Notes under the pieces: model-generated | Told to the model about the DNA's origin: nothing | Database searches by the model: none | What the model saw: the letters and a program-made list of their open reading frames with translations, nothing else | Made by a program: the position numbers and the translations under genes | Part shown: piece after piece, positions 18,265 to 27,686 of the stretch | How the letters are laid out: the number at the start of each line of letters is the position of its first letter | How positions within the stretch are numbered: the stretch's first letter is position 1 | Source of the DNA: a bacterium | Lineage (GTDB): Bacteria > UBA8248 | Reading direction: 5' to 3' | Length of the DNA: 64,000 nucleotides | Assembly: GCA_965204535.1 (NCBI GenBank) | Contig: OZ241996.1 | Coordinates: forward strand, 1,472,001-1,536,000

Positions 18265-19017
18265 CTAGTGGGGCATTTGGGCCGGGTTCCAGAATTCCCC
18301 GGTCCGCACCATCCTGGCGATTCGCTCGCCGTGAGGCATCCAGCCGTTCTCGTTCTTCTTCGCCTGCGCTTCGCAGTCGTACGCCACGCGCTTGGTCTCG
18401 ACGCGCCACTCGCCCCCGCCTTCGTATTCCACGACCGAATAGGCGGGGCGGTAGTCGCCGTCCCAGTTCATGCCCACCGCGGCGGTGCAGACGAGCGTCT
18501 GGCCGTCCACCTCGCGGACGTAGGGGCCATGCACGTGACCGAAGGCCATGATCTCCGCGTCCGTTCCCTTGATCTTCTCTTTCACCTCCTCGTCGGTGAA
18601 CCTCAGGGGAATCGCGTCCTCGATGTCGTCCGGCGTGGCGTGGAAGATATGGAAATCGTGCCCCTTCTCGGGCGTGATCGTCATCGACCACATGAGGCCG
18701 TCGAGATAGTCGATCTGCCCGGCGGAAAGTCGCTCGCGCGTCTTCTTCACCATCTCGTAGAGCCAGACGTGGTGTTCGCTCCTGGGCGGGTCGGTCTCGT
18801 CTTTTCGCTTCGATACCCACCAGTCGAGGTTTCCGGCGAGCACGTCCACGTCCTTGCGCCCCATAAAACGCTCCACCACCTCGGCGGGTTCGGGGCCGAG
18901 CATCACCAGATCGCCGATGACGATCTCGCGGTCCGCGTTTTCCTTCGCCACGGCCTCCTGCACGGCGTCCAGAGGCGCAAGCTGGGCGTGGATGTCGGAA
19001 TACAGAACAATCTTCAC
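18265..19017 (-). CDS. Calcineurin-like metallophosphoesterase (YfcE/MJ0912-like)
   Basis: SDIH, GD.V..GP, GN.D, FH and GHVH motifs; probable GTG start at 19017. Confidence 0.85.
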   Translation of the reverse strand: MKIVLYSDIHAQLAPLDAVQEAVAKENADREIVIGDLVMLGPEPAEVVERFMGRKDVDVLAGNLDWWVSKRKDETDPPRSEHHVWLYEMVKKTRERLSAGQIDYLDGLMWSMTITPEKGHDFHIFHATPDDIEDAIPLRFTDEEVKEKIKGTDAEIMAFGHVHGPYVREVDGQTLVCTAAVGMNWDGDYRPAYSVVEYEGGGEWRVETKRVAYDCEAQAKKNENGWMPHGERIARMVRTGEFWNPAQMPH

Positions 19018-19040
19018 GTCATTACCCTTTCCAAGTATCA

Positions 19041-19080
19041 AAAGAACGGGGCCGCCGCACCCGTTGGCGCGACGACCCCG
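19041..19080 (-). terminator. Intrinsic terminator-like hairpin after the ABC substrate-binding gene
   Basis: Minus strand CGGGGTCGTCGCGCC-AACG-GGTGCGGCGGCCCCG followed by TTCTTTT. Confidence 0.6.
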
Positions 19081-19103
19081 AGCCTTTGCTTGATGAAGCC
19101 TTA

Positions 19104-20117
19104 TTAAATCTTGCCGGCCTTGGCGAGCGCCGCTTTCGTCACGCTCGTGTCGACGATGTCCTCATAGGAGGGAACCTTGCCCTTGATCTTGCCGAGCCGC
19201 TTCATGTAGTCCGCCGTGAAGGCGACCGATGCCTTGGGGATGCCGTTGTTCACGCCCCAGATTTTCTCCGCCACGAAGACGTCATACGTCTTCGACATGA
19301 TCTCGGGGTTTTTCTTATAGACGGGACGCACCCATTTATTCGCCGATTTGAGGTAGCCCGCCTTGTCCTTGTAGATGGAGCGGTTGGACTGCATCATCGC
19401 CATCGCGAAACGCACGTAGGCGTCCTTGTTCGAGTTGATCTTCGAAGACGACGCGATGAACGCCCCGTAGAAGAAGTTCGGCATGGCCTTCCACAGGTCC
19501 ATCAGCTTGTTGAAGCTGGGCTTTCTCTTCTTGACGACGAGAACCTGCTCGACGTGAATGACCACGGCGTCGGCCTTGCCCTTGAGCAGAAACGGAACGC
19601 GCGCCGGCGGCGGGGTCTTGATGTACTTCACGTCCTTGTCGGTCAGACCGGCGGTCGCCAGCACGGCGAGCGCGCCCAGGTGGCTGTATCCGCCGCGCCC
19701 CTCGATGCCGATGGTCTTGCCCTTGAGGTCGGCGGGTTTCTTCACCTGATCGTTCGCGGCCATCTGCGCCTCGTTCAGGAAGGCCATGGAGTGGAAGAAC
19801 TTCATGCCGCTGCCCTTGGTGATACCCACCATGGCGATCGGCGCCGGCACCCAGGCGGCGTCCAGGCCGCTCTTCTTGCTCGTGATCGCCCGGTGCGTGG
19901 CGACGCCGCCGCGGAAGAATTTGATCTCCACGTCGAGGCCGTGTTTCTTGAAGATATCGTTATCGAGCGCGTAGAACACCGGCAGGTGCACCATGACCGG
20001 CGGACGCACGGGCATGCCGAGCACTATCTTGTCGGCGGCGACGGACTGCGCCGGCGCACTCCACACCGCTGCGGCGAGCACGAACGCCGCGACCAATACC
20101 ATCCACGTCTTTTTCAT
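19104..20117 (-). CDS. NitT/TauT-family ABC transporter substrate-binding protein
   Basis: Signal peptide MKKTW...; F.KHGLDVE and DLKGKTIGI (NMT1/THI5-like); AAGGAG RBS. Confidence 0.85.
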   Translation of the reverse strand: MKKTWMVLVAAFVLAAAVWSAPAQSVAADKIVLGMPVRPPVMVHLPVFYALDNDIFKKHGLDVEIKFFRGGVATHRAITSKKSGLDAAWVPAPIAMVGITKGSGMKFFHSMAFLNEAQMAANDQVKKPADLKGKTIGIEGRGGYSHLGALAVLATAGLTDKDVKYIKTPPPARVPFLLKGKADAVVIHVEQVLVVKKRKPSFNKLMDLWKAMPNFFYGAFIASSSKINSNKDAYVRFAMAMMQSNRSIYKDKAGYLKSANKWVRPVYKKNPEIMSKTYDVFVAEKIWGVNNGIPKASVAFTADYMKRLGKIKGKVPSYEDIVDTSVTKAALAKAGKI

Positions 20118-20170
20118 TTCGAACTCCTTAAAAAGAAAGGAAAATAGATTTTCCGGCAAGACGCCCGCCA

Positions 20171-20995
20171 TCAGGACTCCTGCCGAACCCTCCAGGATGA
20201 AAACTTCGTTTCACAGATGTTCACCACTTTCGTTAAAGCTATACCGACTACCATCAACAAGACAACAGGCGCGAGGCCCTTGTCCAGTTCCAGATCCGCA
20301 ATGTAGTCCTGGCTCAGTGCGCCCAGGCCCGAGATGCTCATCAGAAACTCGGCCACGACCATGCCCACCAGGGCGCGCCCGCACGCGAGTCCCAGTCCCG
20401 CGACGAGATAGGGGACCACGCTCGGGAAAATCAGGTCCCGCCAGCGCTGGCCCTCCGTGGAGCAGAACGAGCGCGTCACCTCGAGGAGCGAGAGATCCAC
20501 GTTCCGCACGCCGTGGTAGACGTTCACGATGATCGGCATGATGGCGAAGAAGACGACGATGGTCGTCTTGCCGACGAAGTCGACGCCAAGGACCATGGCT
20601 ATCGGGAACGCCAGCGCGACCACCGGCGTGGCGTAGAGGGCGAACACATAGGTGTCCACGGCGTACTCGAATATCTGGAAGCGCCCCATGAGAATCCCCA
20701 GCACGATGCCGAGGGGAATCGCGATGAGCAGGCCCGCCACCAGGATTTGAGAACTCTCATACGCGGCGGCTGTCATCTGGCCGCTGGCGATCAAATCCCA
20801 GAACGCAACGCATATGGCGCTCGGGTAGCTGAAAGTGACCGGGTCGATGTTCCCGGTCTGTCCCATCAGTTCCCACCCGCCGATGACAACGACGAGCGAT
20901 ATCAAGCGCACGTATACGGCGGGTTCCTTGATGCGCTCCCAGAACGCCTTCTCATCCCTCGATATGCCTGTTGCCGCCGGGGCGTCGGTAGCCAA
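20171..20995 (-). CDS. NitT/TauT-family ABC transporter permease
   Basis: GILMGRF, YHGVRNVD..L.EV.RSF and G.VVAEF motifs; hydrophobic. Confidence 0.9.
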   Translation of the reverse strand: MATDAPAATGISRDEKAFWERIKEPAVYVRLISLVVVIGGWELMGQTGNIDPVTFSYPSAICVAFWDLIASGQMTAAAYESSQILVAGLLIAIPLGIVLGILMGRFQIFEYAVDTYVFALYATPVVALAFPIAMVLGVDFVGKTTIVVFFAIMPIIVNVYHGVRNVDLSLLEVTRSFCSTEGQRWRDLIFPSVVPYLVAGLGLACGRALVGMVVAEFLMSISGLGALSQDYIADLELDKGLAPVVLLMVVGIALTKVVNICETKFSSWRVRQES

Positions 20996-21008
20996 AGATG
21001 GATGCCTC

Positions 21009-21818
21009 CTATTCCAGGGCGAGTTCGGGGACGGGCTCGGGTTCCACCTCGGGGTTGCGCATCGCTTCCCAGAGGTAATGGCGCAGCGCCTGAAAGCGCT
21101 TGCCGCCCCTGATTTCCTCCAAGTCCCTGCCGCGGCCGAAGCCGGTTTCGAACTGAAAGCGTATTCTCCCCGGGCGCGGCGTCATCACCAGAACGCGGTC
21201 GCCGAGGAGGAGCGCCTCATCGATGCTGTGGGTGATGAAGATCATCGCCTTGGGCTCCGCCTCGTTGATGCGCAGCAACTCCTCCTGCAGGGTTTCGCGC
21301 GTCAGCGCATCGAGAGCGCCGAAGGGCTCATCCATGAGCAAAACGTCGGGCTGGGCGGCGAGCGCCCGCGCCAGGCCCGCTCGTTGCTGCATCCCGCCCG
21401 AAAGCTGGGAGGGGTAGTTCGCCTCGAAACCGCCCAGGCCCACCAGTTCCGTGTAGTGGCTCACGAGGCGGTCGATTTCGCCCTTCTCCCTGCCCTGTAT
21501 CCTGAGCGCGTAGCCGATGTTCTGATCCAGGCGTTTCCAGGGGAAGAGGCCGAAATTCTGGAACACCATGGCCATCTCGGGCCTCGGGCCGTCCACCGCC
21601 TCGCCCTTGAAGGAAACCTCGCCCCTCTCGCAGAGAATGAGCCCGTTCACGATGCGAAGAAGCGTCGTCTTCCCGCATCCGCTGGGGCCCAGGATCGTCA
21701 GAATCTCCTGCGTCTTCACGTCGATGTCGATGTCATCGAGCACATGCAGGGAGCCGAACCATTTCCCCACTCCCTGGAGGCGCAGCGTCGGATTCGTGCC
21801 GTTGTCGGATGAGGACAT
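21009..21818 (-). CDS. NitT/TauT-family ABC transporter ATP-binding protein
   Basis: GPSGCGKTT, LSGGMQQR, LLMDEPFGALD and ITHSIDEA. Confidence 0.93.
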   Translation of the reverse strand: MSSSDNGTNPTLRLQGVGKWFGSLHVLDDIDIDVKTQEILTILGPSGCGKTTLLRIVNGLILCERGEVSFKGEAVDGPRPEMAMVFQNFGLFPWKRLDQNIGYALRIQGREKGEIDRLVSHYTELVGLGGFEANYPSQLSGGMQQRAGLARALAAQPDVLLMDEPFGALDALTRETLQEELLRINEAEPKAMIFITHSIDEALLLGDRVLVMTPRPGRIRFQFETGFGRGRDLEEIRGGKRFQALRHYLWEAMRNPEVEPEPVPELALE

Positions 21819-22024
21819 GGATACGAGGGTTCCTGTCGAGAAAGCGGCCCGATGCGCTTCGTTCGGATGGCGTAACGATTCACCGCGCGAATGAGGGCCA
21901 CAGGTCAGACGTATCATGAAAAACGCGACGCCCGCTCACCATCCGGAAGCGATTCAATAGTTTTGCGAGACTAGCATTCTTTAGATGAAGCGGCAAATAT
22001 GGGGTTTTGCACCCGCCCCCTGCC

Positions 22025-22417
22025 CTACTCCTCACCGATGACGGCGATGGCCTGTATCTCGACCATCATCTCGGGCTTTGCGAAACCCGCCGCCGTGATC
22101 AACGCGCTGCCCGGAAATCCATCGGGAAAATACTGCTTTCTGAGCTCGACGAACCTGTCCCCGTTCGCCCCGTCGAGGATGAACACCGTCATCGTCACGA
22201 TGTCCTGCAGCTTCCCGCCCGCACGCTCCAGGGTGCGCTCTATCTGGCGAAACGTGGCGTGCACCTGCGCGTCGAAATCCCCCGCCAGCACGTTCCCCCG
22301 CTCATCGCGCCACATCCCCACGCCGGCCAGCCAGACGTGCTCGCCGCCTTTCGTCTTGACCGCAGGCGAAAAAGAACGATCCTGCTGCCAGGTGCCCTTG
22401 AAATACTCTCGCGTCAT
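22025..22417 (-). CDS. RidA/YjgF family protein
   Basis: FS.AV, L.RAGG.L.DIV, FP.S and VEIQAIA motifs. Confidence 0.85.
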   Translation of the reverse strand: MTREYFKGTWQQDRSFSPAVKTKGGEHVWLAGVGMWRDERGNVLAGDFDAQVHATFRQIERTLERAGGKLQDIVTMTVFILDGANGDRFVELRKQYFPDGFPGSALITAAGFAKPEMMVEIQAIAVIGEE

Positions 22418-23643
22418 TTTGTCTCCTTCCTCGGGTTATCGGATATCTGCTTTTTGCCTCTTAATTGCGCTGACGTTGAAACGGCCAGCCAACTCATGAT
22501 CGCAAAACAAAAATAGCTCGCATCCAGATTTACCTGCCCGGCGAGCCAGCCGCCCAGCAAGGGAGCGAGAAAACTCAAGCCGTGGCAGGTATAGATAAAG
22601 CCGACGGATGAAGCCAGAATATCTTTTTCCGAGAAATCCGCCGCCGCGGTGAGGATAATCGGGCTTACGAACCCGACGACGCCGGTCAATGCGGACAGAA
22701 TATAAAAACCCGTTTGCCATCCCATGAACGGCAGGGCGAGAACGAAGACCCCCAGCAGCGTCATCGGCCAGAACAGGGCCGCTCTCGCGCCCCAGCGGTT
22801 ATACAGGATGCCCATCAGCGGTTTGGCCAACATGCCGAAACCGAAATGGAGCGACACGGCCACGCCGATTTGCGCCGTGGTCATCCCCAGCTTCGAGGTC
22901 GCGAGTAAGGGGAGAAACCCTATCATCCCCTTGGTGCACATGCTGCGCAAGGTGTAGGTCGCCGCCAGCCACACCGTGTTCCTGTTCTCTACGACCCGCT
23001 TGATGATGGAGAAAACTTTCAATTCCGCCGCTTTCCCCGCCTCACGTTCGATCCCGCTCTTTCCCTCAACAAACCGTGCGTTCACCAGGGGGAGGAGCGC
23101 AATGGCCGGCGCCGCGCAGGCGCCGACCGCCGCGCGCCAGCCCGCCATCGCCGCCACGGCCGCCTGGGCCAGCGGAAGGATGCTGGTTCCCAGGTTGCCG
23201 CCCAGGCTGTGCCAAGAAATAGCGAATGCGCGGTCGCGCTCGAAGCGATTCGCCGCCAGGGCCGTTCCGCACGGGTGGTAGACGGAATTTCCCGCCCCCG
23301 CCAGAAACGCCAGGGCGCACATCGGCAAGAAGCGGCTCACCCACATCATCGCAATGAAAGACGCGGCGGAGAGGCCCATGCCCGCCAGGAGTATCAGCTT
23401 TCTTCTGCCTGTATTATCCGCCAGTATGGAGAGCGGGTATTGGAAGATCATCTGCCCCAGACTGAAAGTGCTGAGCAAAACCCCCACTTCGAAGGGTGAC
23501 AGGTCGAGATCCATGACGATGAGCGCAAGAACGGGAACGAGCATGTTGGAGAACCCGTCGCTCAACCCGTGGGTCAAGCCGATGACGCTCAGATCGAAAT
23601 AATCACCGAATCTCCAGGCAGGCTTTTCCACATGAGAGGTCAT
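22414..23643 (-). CDS. MFS transporter (Fsr-like)
   Basis: LADNTGRRK motif A, G.GNSVYHP and about 12 TM segments; ATG at 23643 overlaps the upstream stop. Confidence 0.88.
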   Translation of the reverse strand: MTSHVEKPAWRFGDYFDLSVIGLTHGLSDGFSNMLVPVLALIVMDLDLSPFEVGVLLSTFSLGQMIFQYPLSILADNTGRRKLILLAGMGLSAASFIAMMWVSRFLPMCALAFLAGAGNSVYHPCGTALAANRFERDRAFAISWHSLGGNLGTSILPLAQAAVAAMAGWRAAVGACAAPAIALLPLVNARFVEGKSGIEREAGKAAELKVFSIIKRVVENRNTVWLAATYTLRSMCTKGMIGFLPLLATSKLGMTTAQIGVAVSLHFGFGMLAKPLMGILYNRWGARAALFWPMTLLGVFVLALPFMGWQTGFYILSALTGVVGFVSPIILTAAADFSEKDILASSVGFIYTCHGLSFLAPLLGGWLAGQVNLDASYFCFAIMSWLAVSTSAQLRGKKQISDNPRKETK

Positions 23644-24635
23644 TACGAAGCGGGCAGGTCTCGCCAGGCGGGAATGATTCCTCCGCCGTCGGCTTCCATG
23701 ACCGCGCGGCAAATCGCATGGCCGGCGGCCTCAATCGCCGCCGCCCCGACGACGTCGAGGGCCGCCTCGCGGTCCCCGCAAGAGAGGGCGAAGACCATGT
23801 CTCCATCCACAGTGGTGTAGGATGGGCGCACCGTTCGGATGAGTCCGTTCGCCGCCAACTGGGCGAGTTTGTGCGTTTCGGTTTTTGTGAGGCGGGCGTT
23901 CGTCGCCACGGCGACCAGCGTCGTATTCTCGGAGGTGTTGGAGAATCCCTCGAAAGGCCGCCCGTGGATCCTCAGGTGTTCTTCTGTATTCACGATTCCC
24001 TGCTCGGGGGCCATCGCTCTGGGACCTGCGACGGGTTTTCCCGTCCCCGGCTCGTACACGCCGCCAAAGGCGTTCACCGCGGCGATAGCGCCGACGACGC
24101 CGCCTCCCGGGAGTTTCACGCTCGCCGTGCCGAGGCCGCCCTTCATGGCGCGCTCCTGGCCGAAGAGTTTCCCGACCGTGGCGCCCGCTCCTCCGCCCAC
24201 GCTCCCCTGGGGACCTTCCTCGTTCGAGGCCGCCTCGCACGCGGCGCGCCCCATCGCGGCGTCCGGGCGGACGCGGCCGTCGCCGAAATGGAGATCGAAC
24301 AGCACGCCGGCGGCGACCGTGGGCACGTTGAAGAGGCCGGTAGGGAACCCCCTGCCCTGCTCCTCCAGAAAAGCCATGACGCCCTCGGCAGAAGCCAGGC
24401 CGAACGCGCTGCCTCCCGTCAGAACGATGGCGTCCACGCCTCCGACCAGGTGCTCGGCGCGCAGCGCATCCATCCCGCGCGTGGCCGTCGCCGTGCCGCG
24501 CAATTCGCACGCCCCGACCGTTCCGGGGGGGCAAAGCACCACGGAGACGCCCGTTCTCGCCGCCTCATCTTGCGCGTGGCCGAGATAAAAGCCCGGCACG
24601 TCGGTTATGCAGCCTTTGAGGTCAGAGAGTTTCAG
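23643..24635 (-). CDS. Peptidase S58 / P1 (DmpA-like) family protein
   Basis: ITDVPG..GH, LTGGSAFGL, GSVG.G.GA, NTT autoproteolysis site and DGD..F. Start inferred at CTG 24635 (see findings). Confidence 0.85.
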   Translation of the reverse strand: MKLSDLKGCITDVPGFYLGHAQDEAARTGVSVVLCPPGTVGACELRGTATATRGMDALRAEHLVGGVDAIVLTGGSAFGLASAEGVMAFLEEQGRGFPTGLFNVPTVAAGVLFDLHFGDGRVRPDAAMGRAACEAASNEEGPQGSVGGGAGATVGKLFGQERAMKGGLGTASVKLPGGGVVGAIAAVNAFGGVYEPGTGKPVAGPRAMAPEQGIVNTEEHLRIHGRPFEGFSNTSENTTLVAVATNARLTKTETHKLAQLAANGLIRTVRPSYTTVDGDMVFALSCGDREAALDVVGAAAIEAAGHAICRAVMEADGGGIIPAWRDLPAS

Positions 24636-24676
24636 AGGGGAGACTCCTCGTTTCTTCGGGCATCCATCTACCCGCT

Positions 24677-25333
24677 CTAGTCCGCGACAGGAAGCTCGCC
24701 GGACGGGCGGCCGGGCAATTCGCCGGTCTCCAGGATGCTGTCGATGACGTATCTGTATTGTTCCGCAGGCACCGCGCCGACCATCACCGCTTTGTCGTTC
24801 ACGACGACGGAGGGAATGCCAGTGATCCCCAAATTCGTGGCCTCCATGTATTCCTTGGCGGCCTTTTCCTTCAAACCCCCGCTCTCGAGAGCGTCGCGGT
24901 ATCTGTCCATGTCCAGCCCGCTTTCCTCGGCCACGTCGCTCACCACTTCCGGGTCCGAGATGTTGCGGTTATCCGTGAAGAAGGCGGCCAGAAGGTTGTC
25001 GTGGAATTTCTCCCACTCCTCAGACCCCTGGAATCTCGCCGCCAGCCCGGCTTCCGCAGACGGCATCGAGCAGTTCGGAAACGCCTCCTCGCTCTCCCAC
25101 GGGGTGAAATCGCCGGAATCGGGCTGTGAGTTCGCATTATTCCAGTGGTTTCTGCGGTAATCGTTGAACACCGCCGTGGGGTCGGGCTCGGGCCGAAGCA
25201 TAAATACCCTGTACTGGATGTCTACTTTATCGCCGTATTCTTCCTTAATCTTCTTCAGGCGCACGGCCGAGTTGAAGCACCAGGGTCACAAAAAATCGCT
25301 GTAAACGGTGAATCGCACAGGGGCGTTATCCAT
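24677..25333 (-). CDS. DsbA/FrnE-like thioredoxin-fold oxidoreductase, probable selenoprotein (UxxC)
   Basis: ATG at 25333 after GGAGAG gives MDNAPVRFTVYSDFL-TGA(25286-25288)-PWCF, in frame with the tracked ORF; cis-Pro loop GITGIP. Confidence 0.85.
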
Positions 25334-25389
25334 TATCTCTCTCCTTTGGCTCCGGGAGGATGCGACGGAGCCGGTTGATGAACGGCAGT

Positions 25390-26277
25390 CTATAGTCTCA
25401 TGTGCCGCATATGCACTTTTACTTTCTCGCCGACCTCCGCTTCCAGGAACTGCGCGGCATTTCCTTCGGGCACGAATATCTCGAGCCGCGTCCAGCTGTT
25501 GAACTGCGCCCCGAGTTCGCCCGCCTTCACCGCCTGGTAGTATTCGCTGACCCCGTTGATCGCGTGGCCGCCGATTTCGATGATCGGCAAATGCGCGGCG
25601 TCGTCCTCTCCATACTCGAAACGCCAGAAAGTCGTGGTGTCGATGTTCGTCACCAGGTTCCCGTAATGATCGACGTATATCACCTCGCCGGTGATGGTGT
25701 CGGCGTCCTCGAATTCCACCAAGGGAAAATCGAAGCGAACCGGGTCGGTGATGATGGAGCCGAAATCCTCGGGCGGAACCCCGCAGGAGAGATGCCCCGC
25801 AACGGGTGCGAAGATGTCCCTGCCGTGGAAGGTGGAGCTCACCTCGTTCAGGAAAAATGCGTCTTCTTCGAGTTCTCTCGTCCAGATGTAGAGCGGGTCG
25901 TCATACACGCAGGAGAACAGGCCGTTGTCCGGCCCCACGAAATAGTAGTTTTCCGTGGCGGCCATGACTCCCCTCCGGCTGCTGCCCACGCCCGGGTCCA
26001 CGACCGCCACGTGAATCGTCCCGCGCGGAAAATAATGCGCCGAGGAATCCAGGATCAACGACGCGGCCTTCACGTCGTACGGCTTGACGGAATGCGAAAT
26101 ATCGACGATGCGGGCCACCGGGTTTACCGCCATCACGACGCCCTTCATCACGCCGACGTAGTGCTCATCGCTGCCGAAATCCGTGAGGAGCGTAACTATC
26201 GGCTGCGCGTCGCTTTCCTCTTCGAAATCGGGCGCGCCCTCGTGAAAAGGATTCGGGCGCGATTGATCGTCCGTCAT
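25390..26277 (-). CDS. SAM hydroxide adenosyltransferase (DUF62; chlorinase/fluorinase superfamily)
   Basis: LLTDFG, VVDPGVGSSRR, GPDNG, STFHGRDIFAP and VD.YGN; start overlaps the mtaB stop. Confidence 0.9.
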   Translation of the reverse strand: MTDDQSRPNPFHEGAPDFEEESDAQPIVTLLTDFGSDEHYVGVMKGVVMAVNPVARIVDISHSVKPYDVKAASLILDSSAHYFPRGTIHVAVVDPGVGSSRRGVMAATENYYFVGPDNGLFSCVYDDPLYIWTRELEEDAFFLNEVSSTFHGRDIFAPVAGHLSCGVPPEDFGSIITDPVRFDFPLVEFEDADTITGEVIYVDHYGNLVTNIDTTTFWRFEYGEDDAAHLPIIEIGGHAINGVSEYYQAVKAGELGAQFNSWTRLEIFVPEGNAAQFLEAEVGEKVKVHMRHMRL

Positions 26278-27686
26278 GGCGCAAACTCTCCCCATAAGGC
26301 ATCCGACCTTGCGGCGATGCGGGAAAATCCGTTCTTCTCGGGCAAGGGCGCGAGCCGCATCCGAACCGTTCGGCCTATCCACTCATCGGGGCCGGAGGCC
26401 GACACGCGGATATAATTGTCCGACAAACCGGTGAGAAGGCCGTCTTCCGGGCGGCGGCTCTCGAACAGCACCTCCGTTTCCCGCCCCGTTTGCGAGGAGA
26501 CGAACGCCGCCCATTTCCTGCGCCCCAACTCCTGCAACGCGCGCGCGCGTTTTTTCTGCTCGGCTTTCTGAATTTGCTCCGGCATCTCGATGGCCGCCGT
26601 CCCCTCGCGCGGTGAATACGGAAAAACGTGCAGGTAGGCCAGCGGCGATTCCCGCACCCATTCCATGGTCCGTTCGAACGCCTCTTTGCTCTCGCCGGGG
26701 AAACCGACGATGAAATCTCCGCCGAGGCAGGCCCCGTCAATTTTCTTCGCGATCTCATCGAACCTGCTCGCGCAGCGCGCAGCGGTGTAGTTGCGTTTCA
26801 TCGCTCCCAGGGTTTCATCATCTCCGCTCTGGACGGGTATGTGGAAATGACGGCAGACGTAACTTCCCACGTTCGAGCGGCCAGAACCATATGCCTCGCT
26901 CGCCACGACGCGGATGAGTTCGCGCGTGAATTCCCCCGGCTCCACGGAGGAGAGCCTGAGGCGGAAAGTTCTTTCCATCCCGAGCAACCGGCTCACCAGA
27001 CGGCTCAGGGTGCTGCGCGGCTTCATGTCCCTGCCGTATGCGCCGAGGTGAATCCCTGTGAGCACCAGTTCCTCGTGACCGCCCGAAAGCAGCGTATCGG
27101 CGTGCTCGACGCATGAATCCACTTCCAGTGAGCGGCTCGCCCCGCGCGCGATGGTCGTCGCACAGAAAGAACAAGAGAAATTGCACCCGTCCTGCACCTT
27201 GAGATAGGCCCGCGTCCGGCTGCCGAACTGGGGCAGGACGACGCTCTCGATATCAAGACTTTCCTCGATCGGAGAAATCCGCATCTCGGGCTTTTCATCT
27301 CTCTCATGGGGCTTCGCCAGCTCCTCGGGAAGATGCAGCTTCTCCCTGTTGCCAAGCAGGAGATCGACTTCCGGGATCAGCATTTTCTCCGCGTTCGCCT
27401 GGGCGGAGCATCCCGCGATGACGACCCGGGCGTCCGGGCCGCCCATCCGCCGTGCCCGCCGCGCCAGCCGTCTGCCCTCCCGGTCGGCTTCCGCCGTGAC
27501 CGTGCAACTGTTGACGACGTAGACATCCGCCTCCCCGCTGAAAGGAACGAGCTCATATCCGGCTCCGGCGCACAGGTGCTTCATGGCTTCGCCCTCGGCG
27601 TGATTGAGCTTGCACCCCAGATTCGCCAGGGCGAGGCGCAGGGGTTTCGCGCTTGCGCTCGTATCGGCTTTGTTCGTCTCGTTCAT
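26274..27686 (-). CDS. mtaB: tRNA t6A37 methylthiotransferase MtaB
   Basis: LGCKLN.AE, NSCTVT..AD, RTRAYLKVQDGCNFSCSFC....ARG.SRS, HVFPYSPREGT.A and G.SDNY. Confidence 0.9.
   Translation of the reverse strand: MNETNKADTSASAKPLRLALANLGCKLNHAEGEAMKHLCAGAGYELVPFSGEADVYVVNSCTVTAEADREGRRLARRARRMGGPDARVVIAGCSAQANAEKMLIPEVDLLLGNREKLHLPEELAKPHERDEKPEMRISPIEESLDIESVVLPQFGSRTRAYLKVQDGCNFSCSFCATTIARGASRSLEVDSCVEHADTLLSGGHEELVLTGIHLGAYGRDMKPRSTLSRLVSRLLGMERTFRLRLSSVEPGEFTRELIRVVASEAYGSGRSNVGSYVCRHFHIPVQSGDDETLGAMKRNYTAARCASRFDEIAKKIDGACLGGDFIVGFPGESKEAFERTMEWVRESPLAYLHVFPYSPREGTAAIEMPEQIQKAEQKKRARALQELGRRKWAAFVSSQTGRETEVLFESRRPEDGLLTGLSDNYIRVSASGPDEWIGRTVRMRLAPLPEKNGFSRIAARSDALWGEFAP

Noticed and set aside
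24677-25333. DsbA-like gene as a nonsense pseudogene
   Set aside because: The only interruption is a TGA exactly at the catalytic Cys position in an otherwise intact frame, which favours selenocysteine.
25390-26277. DUF62 protein as a fluorinase or chlorinase
   Set aside because: TFHGRD with the Asp/Arg/His set fits hydroxide adenosyltransferases, and there is no biosynthetic cluster nearby.
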